A DNA stretch of 64,000 nt from Phoronis australis (taxonomy: Eukaryota > Animalia > Phoronida). The notes under the pieces are model-generated. The model was not told where the DNA came from. It ran no database searches and saw nothing but the letters and a program-made list of their open reading frames with translations. Position 1 is the stretch's first letter; each line of letters opens with the position of its first letter. A program made the translations under genes and the position numbers. Positions 12,737 through 25,870 of the stretch are shown here, piece after piece. The stretch covers positions 259,121 through 323,120 of the forward strand of contig NMRA01000332.1 of NCBI GenBank assembly GCA_002633005.1. The letters run 5' to 3'.

Positions 12737-13699
12737 TAGGCATGATGACCATCGCCTCTGTTGGCCCGAACCAGAGGCAATGCAGAGGCTATAGGCGCTC
12801 TGTACGCCGGAAGCTTTTCGGCGAATTATGCCTCGCACCGACTAAACCATCAAAGTCACGTTGTTATAAATACCTTTTCCGCATAGAGGAACACCTGAGG
12901 AGGTTGTCGATGTGTTTAATTCCTTCCAACTCGAACAAATACTCCCATTATCAAACTTTTTCTTCGAGCAGTCTCTATTTCAGTTCCCAAAATCGGGAAA
13001 TCAACTTTTTCATTTTTTAACCAGGCCGAAGGTCAGAAGTCGCGGACCTACCGGCGAACTTTGAAAGCTGAAGTTCCCGCCGCCCTTCGCGTACGTGCTG
13101 CCGGGAACCAGCCGTGCATTTGCCGTGTTGTTAAACATTAAAATGTCAAATATGTGCACAAAGACTATTAAATGTCATATCAACAGCATTTTATTTTATC
13201 AAATACAAACAATAATTCATTGAAATACAAACAGTTTCAAGTAACGCCAATTAAAGACAAGTATAAGTGGTGGCATTGGGAAACGAACATTTGACTGACA
13301 AGACCGCAATTATATAATGGCTCACCTTTGGTCTATTTAAAAATTATTGAGGTTATGAAGTCACATCACCTAGCGAGCGCGGTAAAAATTGGAGCGTGCA
13401 CAGTACAAAAATTTTGATTTCACGATTTTGGGAACTGAAATAGGGACTGATCGAAGAAAAAGTTTCATAGGAGTATTAATTTGTTCGAGTTGGAAGGACT
13501 TAAACACATCGACAACCTCCTAATTAGGTGTTCCTCTAAGCGCAAAAGGTATTTATAACAACGTGACTTTGATGGTTTAGTCGGTGCGAGGCATAATTCG
13601 CCGAAAAGCTTCCGGCGTACAGAGCGCCGCGGGCCTAGCCTCTGTATCGCCTCTGGCTCTGGTCGGGTTCGGGCCAACAGAGGCGATGGTCATTGCCTA
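12737..13699. mobile_element. Long-TIR foldback (Mutator-like) element
   Basis: Inverted arms of about 270 bp beginning TAGGCA(A)TGACCATCGCCTCTGTTGG around a spacer of about 400 bp. Flanks ggcactagc/tgcactagc (9-bp TSD, 1 mismatch). An isolated copy of the same terminus lies at about 15329. Confidence 0.8.
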
Positions 13700-16089
13700 T
13701 GCACTAGCTAGCTGGCGTGCGTTTAGTAGACGCTAGGACCTACGCTAGGACCTAGCTAAAACCTAGTCAAAGTCACGTGTTCTTATTTAAAATGCACGGC
13801 AATATCTCAAGTAATCTCGCGAAGTCAGTCTTGCTTTTTAGTGAGGTCCTAGCGTTACTGAACGGGAGGCGGGCCTCACTAGCCTACTACCCACTGCCTT
13901 TTCACTTAGACTATGAGTGCGCCATGTCGTGAACACATCCACTAAAACAAGAAACTGTAGGAACACCGCATTTATCCACCTTCACTCTTATCAGGCTTCT
14001 ATTGTGAGTCAGCATGCGTGAATAATTGGCTGATAAACCACCTCTGGAACTACTTTGGGCTGAATGGATGACCAGGCCATAAAATGATAATTAGCCAAGA
14101 CCAGTTACTATAATGCAACAAAGAACAANNNNNNNNNNNNNNNNNNNNNNNNNNNNNNNNNNNNNNNNNNNNNNNNNNNNNNNNNNNNNNNNNNNNNNNN
14201 NNNNNNNNNNNNNNNNNNNNNNNNNNNNNNNNNNNNNNNNNNNNNNNNNNNNNNNNNNNNNNNNNNNNNNNNNNNNNNNNNNNNNNNNNNNNNNNNNNNN
14301 NNNNNNNNNNNNNNNNNNNNNNNNNNNNNNNNNNNNNNNNNNNNNNNNNNNNNNNNNNNNNNNNNNNNNNNNNNNNNNNNNNNNNNNNNNNNNNNNNNNN
14401 NNNNNNNNNNNNNNNNNNNNNNNNNNNNNNNNNNNNNNNNNNNNNNNNNNNNNNNNNNNNNNNNNNNNNNNNNNNNNNNNNNNNNNNNNNNNNNNNNNNN
14501 NNNNNNNNNNNNNNNNNNNNNNNNNNNNNNNNNNNNNNNNNNNNNNNNNNNNNNNNNNNNNNNNNNNNNNNNNNNNNNNNNNNNNNNNNNNNNNNNNNNN
14601 NNNNNNNNNNNNNNNNNNNNNNNNNNNNNNNNNNNNNNNNNNNNNNNNNNNNNNNNNNNNNNNNNNNNNNNNNNNNNNNNNNNNNNNNNNNNNNNNNNNN
14701 NNNNNNNNNNNNNNNNNNNNNNNNNNNNNNNNNNNNNNNNNNNNNNNNNNTATTTGTTTTCGCTCCTCTTTTCAAATATTACAGTAAAAACTACGTAAAA
14801 TTCTCTCCATAAAAAGTACAGTTGTTAGGCTAGACTGTAATCAGCTGATCATATCCGCATGAGCGAAGTCAATTATCCTCGCTCGTGACTCGATGAATAG
14901 AGCAGCTTGGCGGCATCCCTTTGAACATGAGCCGAGCGCGTCTCAGCCAAGGTGGATAAATACGGTCTAGTTCAATTTTCCATACCCCGCCATTTACCTT
15001 AAACACCAGGGTTAGAACCAATTTTATTTAGTGGGAATGTTCATAGCATGGCGCCGGGCTGCCATCTTTTCAAATTCCAAATGTGTCCAGAAAACACATT
15101 GCTTTCGTAAAAACGATTCCTCATTTGGATACAGAAAAGTACCCACATATTCGTGTATTTGTTCCGTGTCACACGCTTCGATTGAAACAGATCACTCGTA
15201 GGCTAACTTGAAGTCACTTGGAGCACTCTTCAAAATGGCTTTCAAAAAGCATACAGTTTATGACGCGTACACGAGCAAAATAAAACGACTCCTGCGAGCT
15301 GTCCCAATGATGGAAGCATATGCAAGACTAGGCAATGACCATCGCCTCAGTTGGACCGACCAGTGACTGAAAATTGGCACTCCGATTCGGCCTTTCCAGG
15401 CCTCGGTCACCACTGAGGTGACGGCGAGATCCCAGTCCGGGGACTCATGTTTCGATCGTGGTCAGTTTTCGCCACGGGCTCCCACTACACCCGGCCCAAT
15501 GCAAGTTGATTGTGGGAACGAGACAAATTCGTTAGTCGGCTCTCCAAGAACTTAAAATATTGATTGAAAAGTCTTGGAAATCCATCATTCCGCGCGAAGC
15601 CTGTTCTGCCGAAGCAGTCTAGGCCTATTCACTATCGGGAATGGGACTCGAGAGAACCAAGTTCACAACCTGAATGGTCACCTGTCATCAGTTAATTTTT
15701 ATGTCTACTATTACAAGACAGTGTCATATTAGTGTCTAAAAATACTCACAGATCTGACATCAGTAAATAAACACGATAGTGCTTGGTTAACTTCAGAGAT
15801 ATCGCGTGTTGTCGCTCCGGCTGCCGGATCAAGCGAAGATCATGTTTCACATCAAAATACATAATATACAAAAAATACATTTAATTTTGAATTTTAGGGG
15901 CCTTACTCGCTGAATTCCAATTCATGAACTGCCATCATGTGATTAGAACTTTCTGTCCTCGAACGGACTCAAAAATAAGGTGGGTTAAAATTAAAGGGGT
16001 CCAGTGACATGACTTCATGGAAGTTGAATGTTATTCAAACATGGCCGTCGTGGATGCGCACAGGCACGTTGATATGCAAACAAACTGAT

Positions 16090-19000
16090 AACAAGAGCAA
16101 CGCGGAGCTTTGAAATGCGCCCACGAATACATCGCAAATGGTGTGCTTTTAGGGTTATTTATTTGTATCATAAAAATGGCCACTAGATGGCGAAAAACGT
16201 ACAATCCATCCAAAAACGGGATCATGCCATATTTCATAATATCTGCCAAGGAACTTCAGAGAAACAAAGGAAAACACTGAGAACAAAATGAAATTGCCAC
16301 TTGTGGGCACAGCGTCCGTTCGATCCGCCTGACAGTCATCGTCTGTTCAATCTTCGACATTCACTTACTGCAGTGTGTTTTGGAGGTACAGTTATGAGCC
16401 GAAAAACAAAATAAAACTACCACTTGAAGGCGCCACACTAGTCAGTCGCCATCATCAAACGTCCTCTTTGATATAGGCCCATTGTCAAAACCATCCCCAG
16501 AACATGCGTGCACCCAGCCTTCAAAATGGGGGGCTCGAATTCCTGACGTTATGGACGTTTTGCTAACAAAAGAGCGGGCTGACTAAAAAAAAAAACGAGA
16601 GCACCACTGTGAATTGCGCTTATTTAATGGACTTTTGTCTCTCAGGGGCGGACCTTTTTGCCCGCTTCGTCAATTGGGGGGCTCATTCGAACCCCCCGAG
16701 CCCCCCCCCCATGGGTGCGCGCATGAAGAATGGTTTGGTTGATCGAGGGATGGACGCCAAAAACAAGATTTGAAAACAGCAAAAATGGCCACCAGGTGTC
16801 GCAAAATACCTCGATTCCATCCAAAAACAGTATGATAGCGACATCTCACTAATATTAATTATATTTATTCAATAACTAGGCCTCCGGCCCTTGTTACAAT
16901 CAAATCATCAAATACAATAAAGGTAAGTGTCAAACACTAGAAGTAAACCGAATTCTTCTTCGCTTGAATGCGAAATGAACANNNNNNNNNNNNNNNNNNN
17001 NNNNNNNNNNNNNNNNNNNNNNNNNNNNNNNNNNNNNNNNNNNNNNNNNNNNNNNNNNNNNNNNNNNNNNNNNNNNNNNNNNNNNNNNNNNNNNNNNNNN
17101 NNNNNNNNNNNNNNNNNNNNNNNNNNNNNNNNNNNNNNNNNNNNNNNNNNNNNNNNNNNNNNNNNNNNNNNNNNNNNNNNNNNNNNNNNNNNNNNNNNNN
17201 NNNNNNNNNNNNNNNNNNNNNNNNNNNNNNNNNNNNNNNNNNNNNNNNNNNNNNNNNNNNNNNNNNNNNNNNNNNNNNNNNNNNNNNNNNNNNNNNCCCA
17301 TGGGTGCGCGCATGAAGAATGGTTTGGTTGATCGAGGGATGGACGCCAAAAACAAGATTTGAAAACAGCAAAAATGGCCACCAGGTGTCGCAAAATACCT
17401 CGATTCCATCCAAAAACAGTATGATAGCGACATCTCACTAATAGATGCCTATAAAATTATTCAAAATTTTATGAAAATCTGTTGAGGACCTTTGAAGATA
17501 CAGACTGGTAAACATAAAAAAATAAAATTGCCGCTAAGCAGCACACCAAAAGTTAGATCTGACCGAAAGTCGTCGTCTTCCGTTGTCAACATCATATAAA
17601 TACACTTGTTAAATTAAATAAATATCGTGCAAACGGTTTAGGAGATACAGCGATAAGCGCAAAAAACAAAACTGCCACTAGGAGGCGCCAGAGTTGTCGA
17701 ACTCGTCGCAAAATCATCGTCAGCCGTCCACTTCGTAGTAAAAACATACATGCCAATTTTCACAATTATCCTGAAAGCGGTTTGGTTAATAGACGAGTGG
17801 ACGCTTAAAATATACTCGAAAGCAGCAAGAAGGCCACTAGGTGGCGCAAACTCGAATCGATCTGAAAACAATGAGATAGCATCATCTCATTAACGGATGC
17901 CTGTATGCCAAATGTTATGAAAATACGTTGAGGACCTTTGAACATACAGAGGTAAACGTAAAAAAATTAAATTGCCACTAGGTGACACACCAGTAGTCAG
18001 ATCCGTCCGAAAGTTGTGGTCGTGTATTGTCAAAATCATACAAATACACTTACTAAATTTAGTAATCCTTCGAACAGTTTAGAAGATACAGCCACAGGCG
18101 CAAAAACAACTGCCACTAGGAGGCGTCACAGTAGTCGAAATCGTCGGAAAATCATCGTCAGCCGTCCACTTCATAGTCAGAACATACGTACCCGACAATT
18201 TTCACCATCATCCTTTGAGAGGTTTGGTTGATAGAGGGATGGACTCAAAAAACAGACTCGAAAACAGTAAAAATGGCCCCTACGTGGCGCAAACTATGTT
18301 GAATCCATCCGAAAACGGTACGACAGCGTCATCCCACTAATTGGTGCCAATATACCAAATTTTATGAAAATCCGTTCAGGACTTATGAAGATACAGAGGT
18401 AAACGTAAAAAATTAAAATTGCCACTAGGGGCACACCGGTCGTCGGATCCGTCCGAAAGTTCGCTCATAGACCCTATTCACGCCGACAGGAGGCGCGTTC
18501 CAAAACGAGGCTGGCTACGATAGTCTGGTGGCTTATCCGCGTAGTTGATGTACTCCGCGTTGCTCGAACAGCTAGAAAAAATACGGACACTCTGTTTTAC
18601 AATCCCTAAGGACGTTGGGATTCGAAAGCGTTGGGTCCTTGCCATACGCCGCGACGAAGGAAAATATGTCCGTGTAAAATTAATTAATAACTGTTTTCGA
18701 ATCATAATTTGTCGCATCTCGGACTGGATGCCGCTATAGCAACGAGGGCCCAGTCCGGCAGGCTGTGTTTTTATGACTACGGGTTGAATTGAAGCGCGAT
18801 GCATTTTTCTTTACAAAAAGGACAGGGCCCTCAATCCCTCAAATTTGGGGCCAAATATCGGCCCTATTCCCCTCTCAAAAGTATTGAAAAATCACGCGAA
18901 ATTCCCGGCCACGAGGCCTAAAAATCCCCTTTGTCTCTTGAAAATTTCTCTCCAACGGTTCAAATCACCTGTGACCACAGAGGTGACAATTTGAAAAAGT

Positions 19001-20642
19001 ACAAAATCATAGGCGGATTTAGGAGGGGGGGCAGGGGCCCGCCCCCCCCCCCTTGACTCCCGCAAGCAAAATAAACCAGAAAAGCGTGAAACGGGAGGAA
19101 ACTTGTACTGAGTTCGAGCTAGGACCGGTAGCGGACGAGGGGGGAAAACACGTTCCGTTTTATTTTTTTTAGTCCAACGACAGATTTCCTGAGCAGAAGG
19201 TATACATCCTCGGCGCCCGCAACTTCCGGGCCTCCTGCGTGCATACAATCGCGCTTAGCCCGCTTCTCCGAGGATGTCGGGCCCCCTCACTAGGCCTATA
19301 TTGGTATCCTAGATCAGCCACTGAAAATGCTACTTGAGACAGAGCTATGAGAGCTTGCAAAAGCGCGGGATGCTATTGATGGTGATCGGGAGGTCAGTAG
19401 ACTTTTCACTGACCCGTCACTCGGCGAAACGTTCCCCTCAGCTCTCAGAAGGCCGCACACACATGAGGCACCTTTCCCCTCGAATATGAACGAGGCCTCT
19501 GAAGAAACATGATAACTATGCTTGTTCCAGGGGGATCCAATACTTAGAGTTGGGGGGGGGCAAGGCAGAGTATTAGCCAGGATTTTCCTCGTAAGAAGTT
19601 CGCGCTCCTGAACTGCCAAATGGAATCTGGAAGAATTTTAGGGGGGCTGGGGCATAGCCCCTTGGCTCCCCTCTAAATCCGCCACTATGTTCTGTCCAGT
19701 TAACTGAAATTGAGCTCTAAAACGAGGATATGCTTTGGACGAAAGAATTACGTGTTTTAATTTTAAAATTCAACTTGGTCGAGATTGATATTTGAAAAAT
19801 ATAACACGTGAAATAGACGTAATTATTAAAACCAAGAAAGCAGAATTGATGGTCATATAATTTTTATTTTCAATTGCGAGCCTAGTTTTTTATCGTAATC
19901 AAAATATATATTTAATAACATCAAGTATTATTTCAGATCAATGACAAATCAACTGTTAGTCCCGGTAGTGCCTACCTCACCAGGACCTAGGCTATGCTTG
20001 AAGCTAATAGACCTACTCGTGATCAACAAATTAAACCAGATGAGACTCACGCACATGACAAGATCAAAATGCTATGAGCCACCACTGTCGAATATATCTT
20101 AAACTCGTCAACAATGCGACCAGATGACCTGGTTCGTGTAGAAAGCATTTTTATCAATAATTTAGTAGAAGAAACGTAACCCTGCATTCAGCATTATACC
20201 TAATCCGTAACACTACGATCGCCGCAATTTGGTCATGTTTACTTTTCATGTTTCGAACTTAGTTTTCCGGAAAAAAACCTTATCCTTTCGTCAGACAACT
20301 CTTTGGTGCATTGACTTGTTCTTTAACTGTATTTTTCTACATCTCTGGGGTTAATTATTGACACATTTTTTAAGATATAATATTCAGGTTGGACTCCAAA
20401 GACCGGCCATTTAACTCGCGCAATGTAAATTTCCGCTTTGTTTATCGCAGTGAGCCTCGCTTTGGATTTTAATGTCCGCCGCGTGAATAGAGTCTATGCC
20501 GTCCCATCTACGGAAGGAACACATGTGCAAAATTTCATGAAGATACGTCGAGGAGTTTTAGAGATAGAGTAGCGGACGCCGGACGGACGGACGGAGATGA
20601 CGGCATAATGCGTCCACATATAAATATGTGGGCGCATAAAAA
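16090..20642 (-). mobile_element. Helentron-associated interspersed element (HINE/DINE-1-like) with internal tandem repeats and nested insertions
   Basis: On the minus strand: TTTTTATGCGCCCAC sub-TIR with inverted copy, (GTCC)n microsatellite, central repeats of about 150 bp, then GTGGGCGCAT sub-TIR, hairpin and CTCTTGTT end. Same architecture as 57285-58460. Interrupted by an N-gap and insertions. Confidence 0.75.
18469..20495 (+). mobile_element. ISL2EU-like DNA transposon derivative with THAP-domain remnant, inserted in the HINE
   Basis: TIRs AGACCCTATTCACGC/GCGTGAATAGAGTCT with AT duplicated (the sister HINE shows the empty site gcgcATgccg at about 58300). The peptide CFTIPKDVGIRKRWVLAIRRDEGKY (about 18593-18667) resembles a THAP domain. 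Confidence 0.75.
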
Positions 20643-21069
20643 CTGCACCGTGTTGAGGTTCTGTTCGTTCGGACAGAATTCCTCGTCCTCTGACATGTAA
20701 TCTCCAGTCAGGGCAGTGGCGTAGCCATGGGGGCACTAGTGGCAGATCTAGGTTTTCAGTAAGGGGGCTTAGGATTCGAGCGAGTCCGAAACGCGTAGCC
20801 CCGAGGGTAAGAAAGGTCGGGAGACGGTTTCCCTCCTCCCGTGTAAGATTTTTTTGGTTTTTAGTGCCTGAATTCGTTTTTCTGGCGAATTTTTTTTTCA
20901 ATTTTTATTTTTGATCCTGTCCCAAGAGGACCGGTTTCATTGAACCCTGAACCCCCCCCCCCCCCTATAATTCCGCCTCTGGGCACAAGTGGGCCATGTC
21001 CTGACTGTTTATAGCAAAAATGACCATCTCCGATTGTTCTTGACCCCCAGCTTCAGTTAGTGTCCATCG

Positions 21070-21410
21070 CCGTATGTGACCCCCCCTCGAGATCAAGTTA
21101 CCGCTAAGATTGTAGCCCTTAGTCTCGAGTTGCCAACTATTCCGCCCAGTGTGTGACCCCCTTGCAATACTTCTGGCTTCGTGGACAGTGTTGTCAACCG
21201 TCTCCGTTTTTGTATTTTTATTGCCTTTGCCTTTAGTGTTCATTAATTATCGTACGTGACCCCTACCCCCCCCCCAGGTTGCCGCTAAGCTCGTAGGCTG
21301 TCGAGGGTTGCCAACTATTCCGCCTTTAATATGACTCCTTTGGATACATGTAGTTCTGGCTTCGTGGACAGTTTTGTCAACCGTCTCCGTTTTTTATGTT
21401 TTTATTGTCC
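21070..21410. repeat. Two diverged tandem units of about 180 bp
   Basis: gtgacccc..ccgctaag..gttgccaactattccgcc..ttctggcttcgtggacag..tgtcaaccgtctccgtttt occurs twice. Confidence 0.75.
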
Positions 21411-24400
21411 TTTCCGTCGCGAACTTGATTTTGATCTTAATCACCCCCACAATCTGTACAATTCTGTTACGACCAATCTCATTTCACCCGTTCCCGTTTT
21501 TTATATTTTTATAGTTCGCTTTTTATTCACTTCGGGTTCATAGATTCAACTCAAGTCAGAATTTTACTTATGAAATTAGATTTTCAGCAAAAATACAGAG
21601 GAGTGCGGAGAAAAACTTTCGCTTCCTGTTGCCACCATTTTCACAATTTTCCAAAATCCGAAAAATTAGTGCGACGGTAAGAAAGAAGAGGAAATTGCAT
21701 TTATTCCAAATTCAAAATTTTAGGTCGGTGGACCCCTAAGTAAGCAAGGGAGTTTGGCTCTCAAAAACCCAATAAACGTGCAAACTGTTTCAAGGTCTTT
21801 TGTTACGATCGAATCATTTTTCTGTTTTGAAAAACATTTAGACGTAAATATGCTTACGTGTGGTTAACCCCTTTCCTCAGCCGGGCATTGGGTCTATCAG
21901 GTCTCCTTGAGCCGCACTCATTGCCCTCATTTTCATCAGCGATAACCTCAATCTAGACAGTTCTTTTTACATGAAAACAAATTTTGCATAACTTGTGCGG
22001 AAATTTGTGTCATATTCGAAATTGATAGATTGGTTAAAAATAGTAAGCACGTATCATGCGTAGGCAGCACGGCAAGGCCTGTTAAGAGTAAAGATAAGCT
22101 TGTGGAAGCCGTCGAGACACACGAACGAGCGAATTCAGGCTTTTGTGAAAATAATTAAAGGGTCGTTGTACAATTATGACGGTCCTCGTGTATTAATAGG
22201 TTGGTAGATTGTAAAAGTGACATAGTTAAGTACCTTTTCCGCTTTGAAAAGAAGGGAGAGGTTATGCAGAATTTGTTTAAGTTTTATAAGCTTGAAGGTT
22301 GTTATTGTACTGTGGGCCGTTGGCCTTTTATGCAATGGAAAAAATAAAACAAGAACAACAACAATAAAGACAGAAGATTTACCTTTTTGTGCTTTTTAAA
22401 AAATATCAAAGTTTCTCGACGGGTGTAACGAGCGTCACCGATATAGGAACAAACTGCACCTACTAACCTCTTGCGTAAGACAATCACGAACAGAGTATCT
22501 CAAATATCACCCTGGCAATGACAATATTTACTTAAGAATAGACACACTCTCAGATTTCTCCGATTGCCATCTCGGTATATTCTATTTAGATGCTGGAGAC
22601 TATCTTTAAAACTTCTCAAAAGCGGGTATAGGGGTATGGGATACACAGGTGCCCTGCAGCTGTTTTTTTATAAAAAAATCATTAAGAATACACACCATTT
22701 TGACTTAATTTCCTGGAAAAAGTTTATTTTGGGAGTACGAAACGTTAAACAAGGCTCCCTTTTCAACGACGCAAATCTACATAAGTTGGTTTGATATTAT
22801 TGGTTTCTAAGATATTTACTTACCTTTGACAACCTGAGATCTCATCTTAAGCTGTAACAGTTTTAAAATGTCCGTGAATCCCTGGAAAAGGGTAATTAAG
22901 TTTACAAAATTACCGCCTGCAAAAAGGGTGGCATTTCAAGAACACTACTTTGGGAAATAGTGTTTTTTTGGTTCCCTACAAATGGGTTGAATAATGGGTA
23001 TAGGTATCTTAATTTCCGCGCTGCATCGCCTGTCAAAAATGCAACGGGGTACCCACATGAACGGCCGATAATTGAACAGGCTTGCTCAGTCATTAGTGTA
23101 TTGCTGCTTTGGAAGAATCTCAAACAGCATCAAATGTTACATTTTCGATTTTATTGAAGCTGAAATGACCATAAAGAGGTTCGAAACAGAGGGCGCATTG
23201 GCGGAAACTTAGCACATTCCGCTGGAGCCAGTCGGCCAGAAAATGTTCAACATTGTGACGTCTTATTTGTATTGCGGGAGCCCATGTCTATCGCAGGTGC
23301 TTTCCGGCTACTTACGAACCCGACTGCGGTCTTGTTTGCGGTTTCCCGAGGCCAGTGGCGCGTTCCGTAGACTACTGTACGTTTCTTACCAAAAAGCACG
23401 CAAAATCACGCGTATGGAAGGCGAGTAATTCTCGGATATGCTTGAAACTGTACAAGCGTGACTTAACAAAATGTCAGCCACTAATTGATTTGTAAGGCTA
23501 TAATGCTGGATAATGATAGTATAGTTTCCGTTCAATAACGGAAGTCTTATCGCCGAAAATACTTGGCTAGTGTCTTGGGTCTACGGAACGCAGCTGCCTG
23601 ATTGTCAAGAATGTGTTAGTGCATGGGTGTGGGTCCATTATCTGCGTTTCCAGTCCCTTCTAATCATCATTCACTTAGACAATGTCGTTATCAGCCAACT
23701 GTTGACACATGCTCCTGTACAGGTAGTCACAATCTCGTTCTGAACATTAACCCGTCATTAGTGACAAGTAAAGTGGAGATAAAAGGTCTTCCAAAGTAAT
23801 GCATTTCAGCTCTTCTGTCGTGCGTATTGTTGGCACATAATTCGCATTGTCTGAAGGATAAACTGTAAAGTACTCGGGCTTTTCAACCAAGGTTTACTAC
23901 TGGGACGTATTGCCGCAAATTTGTGGAAACACCTTTCATGTTGTTTGCAATATTTCCCTTCCCTAATATACAATATGTAGAGTCGGTAAATATTGGTTCT
24001 ATCAAATAATCTTCTTGCGGAGATTTAAAGAGACTCACTCGCTTTTAGAGCCAAACAACGCATTTTTGGGACCAGTGTTGGATGAGATAGATTTCTTGAA
24101 TTTTATTAGGTCGATGACTTTTATCCCTTTAAAACATATCGACCACTTAGGCTCGCAATAGCTCCATCAGCAAAATGTCGAACTGCGACCGCTGAGGTCA
24201 TAAATTCAAATCCATATTTGACAAAGTAAAATTTTCTGTTGGGTCACTTTAATTCCTGTGTATGCTTTTCTTTGAAAATGAATCTATTTTCGGCACAACC
24301 CTGTCATGACCGTGGGAGCAGTAGTAGACCTACAGTGTACCCCTTCAAAGCCGCACCACTCACGCAGTTGTGCTGCCAACATCCAGCCCCACCACAGCCC

Positions 24401-25208
24401 ACGCATTTTTTTTAATTAAGTCTCCAATTTCAATGTACAAAACAGTACACTCCAAAGTAGGTCAAGTTTACATGGAAAATAGGTTTTAAATCCTTTCCGT
24501 GACAGGATTTTACGAGAGAACTTCAAGAATCAGACTAGGCTTATCATGGGGCGGGTAATACCTTCCAAAGCATGACTGTTTATGTTCGATCGCATTTTTT
24601 CTCTAATTCAAGTTAATGTTACTTACGCACAGGGTCATGATCCTAAATAGGAACCGAAATGATAGTTACACAATGTGATTTAGTGTTTTGTCTGCCATGC
24701 GAAATTGGTTCCAAGAAAAACTCTAAATTGAATCAACCTAGCTGCAACCGCTAGTTCATCCTAAAGGAGCCACTAGCCAATTCACCACTTGAAATCAGAC
24801 AGACAAGTGAAGAAACTGAGACCGGCGTACAAAGTGGAAATGCCTGAATAAGGCGGAATTCGGGTTATAAGTTGGGTCCCTTATCATACACGTATTCCCC
24901 CGGCCCATGCTGATAAACTGGTTTCTGCTCTTAGTCTACTCTGAAGTCAAAAAGAGAGACCTTTGTTCAGTATTAACACCACCTGCACAGATCTCTGGGT
25001 GTCGCTTCCCGCTTGCGCAAGTGGCCCTGCTGCTTGGTTCACTCTAGAGTGACGAAAACGCTGTCAGTTTCACTTGCTAAAACTCTGCTAACGAAAACGC
25101 AAGCTGTCCGCGAAGGGTCATTTTCGCGAGCACTCAGTTTATTTCCTTGCCACCCGAATCGCTTTTATGCCAAATTTGAGGTCATCAATTGATTAATGCG
25201 ACGATAGG

Positions 25209-25870
25209 CATGGAAAACCAATTCCAGGACACATATTTTCTAAGCGAGATTTAAAAGCAGACCAAAACATTATTTTAGTCTGCAATACAACAACTCGCGT
25301 GAGGACCGAAAATTTCTCACGTCAGTACCTATAATTTATCATTTCAGAACCAATATTTAACACACCAGGACTGAAAATTTATCACGTCAGGACCTACAAT
25401 TTATCAATTCAGGATTAAAATTTAACACGCCAGGACCGAAAATTTAATACGTCCTGAACGAATATTTATCACTCCAGAAAATTTTCATGCTAAGAGACCA
25501 CGTGACCATCCACAATCCAGCATTGACTTTTCAAAGTGGTTACGTCGGTATACAAGAACTATAAGCGTTCAACAATGCCTGAGACTTGAAAACGACTGAG
25601 TATCACAGAGACACAGCGGATCGTCATTGCCCGCGAATGATCACGTACTAGTCTCCTGGCATGAAAATTTTTTTTTGTCCTGTCCGTGATAAATTTTCGG
25701 TCATGGCGTGATAAATATCCAGTCCTGACGTGTTAAATTTTGGTCCTGACGTAGGTCCTTGTGTGATAAGTTCTGGTTTGGAGTTGTTGAGTGTTTGTGG
25801 TCCTGCAGATATGTTAATTCTTGAATAGAAAGTATGTGTCCTGGAATTTTTTCCGCTATGGCTTTCCATA
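25209..25870. mobile_element. IS3EU-like non-autonomous foldback element
   Basis: Perfect 6-bp TSD gatagg; ends (C)ATGGAAA..TTTCCATA. Both arms are built of subrepeats of about 21 bp (caggaccgaaaatttatcacg) in inverted orientation. Confidence 0.7.

Noticed and set aside
12742-13677. Two similar ORFs (RRSVRRKLFGELCLAPTKPSKSRCYKY) on opposite strands
   Set aside because: They are translations of the two arms of an inverted-repeat element, with frameshifts between the copies.
14050-17438. Long ORFs containing X runs (also 36351-37079)
   Set aside because: Artefacts of translating N-gaps.
16709-17441. Exact repeat of about 145 bp on both sides of a gap
   Set aside because: Most likely a contig-end overlap artefact.
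20714-20980. CAGTGGCG..CGCCTCTG hAT-like MITE (also 19008-19687)
   Set aside because: Ends are only loosely complementary and no TSD was found, so the boundaries cannot be supported.
25300-25480. Short regularly spaced repeats resembling a CRISPR array (also 61969-62130 and 9565-9830)
   Set aside because: Units are contiguous and degenerate with no unique spacers; eukaryotic context with no cas genes.
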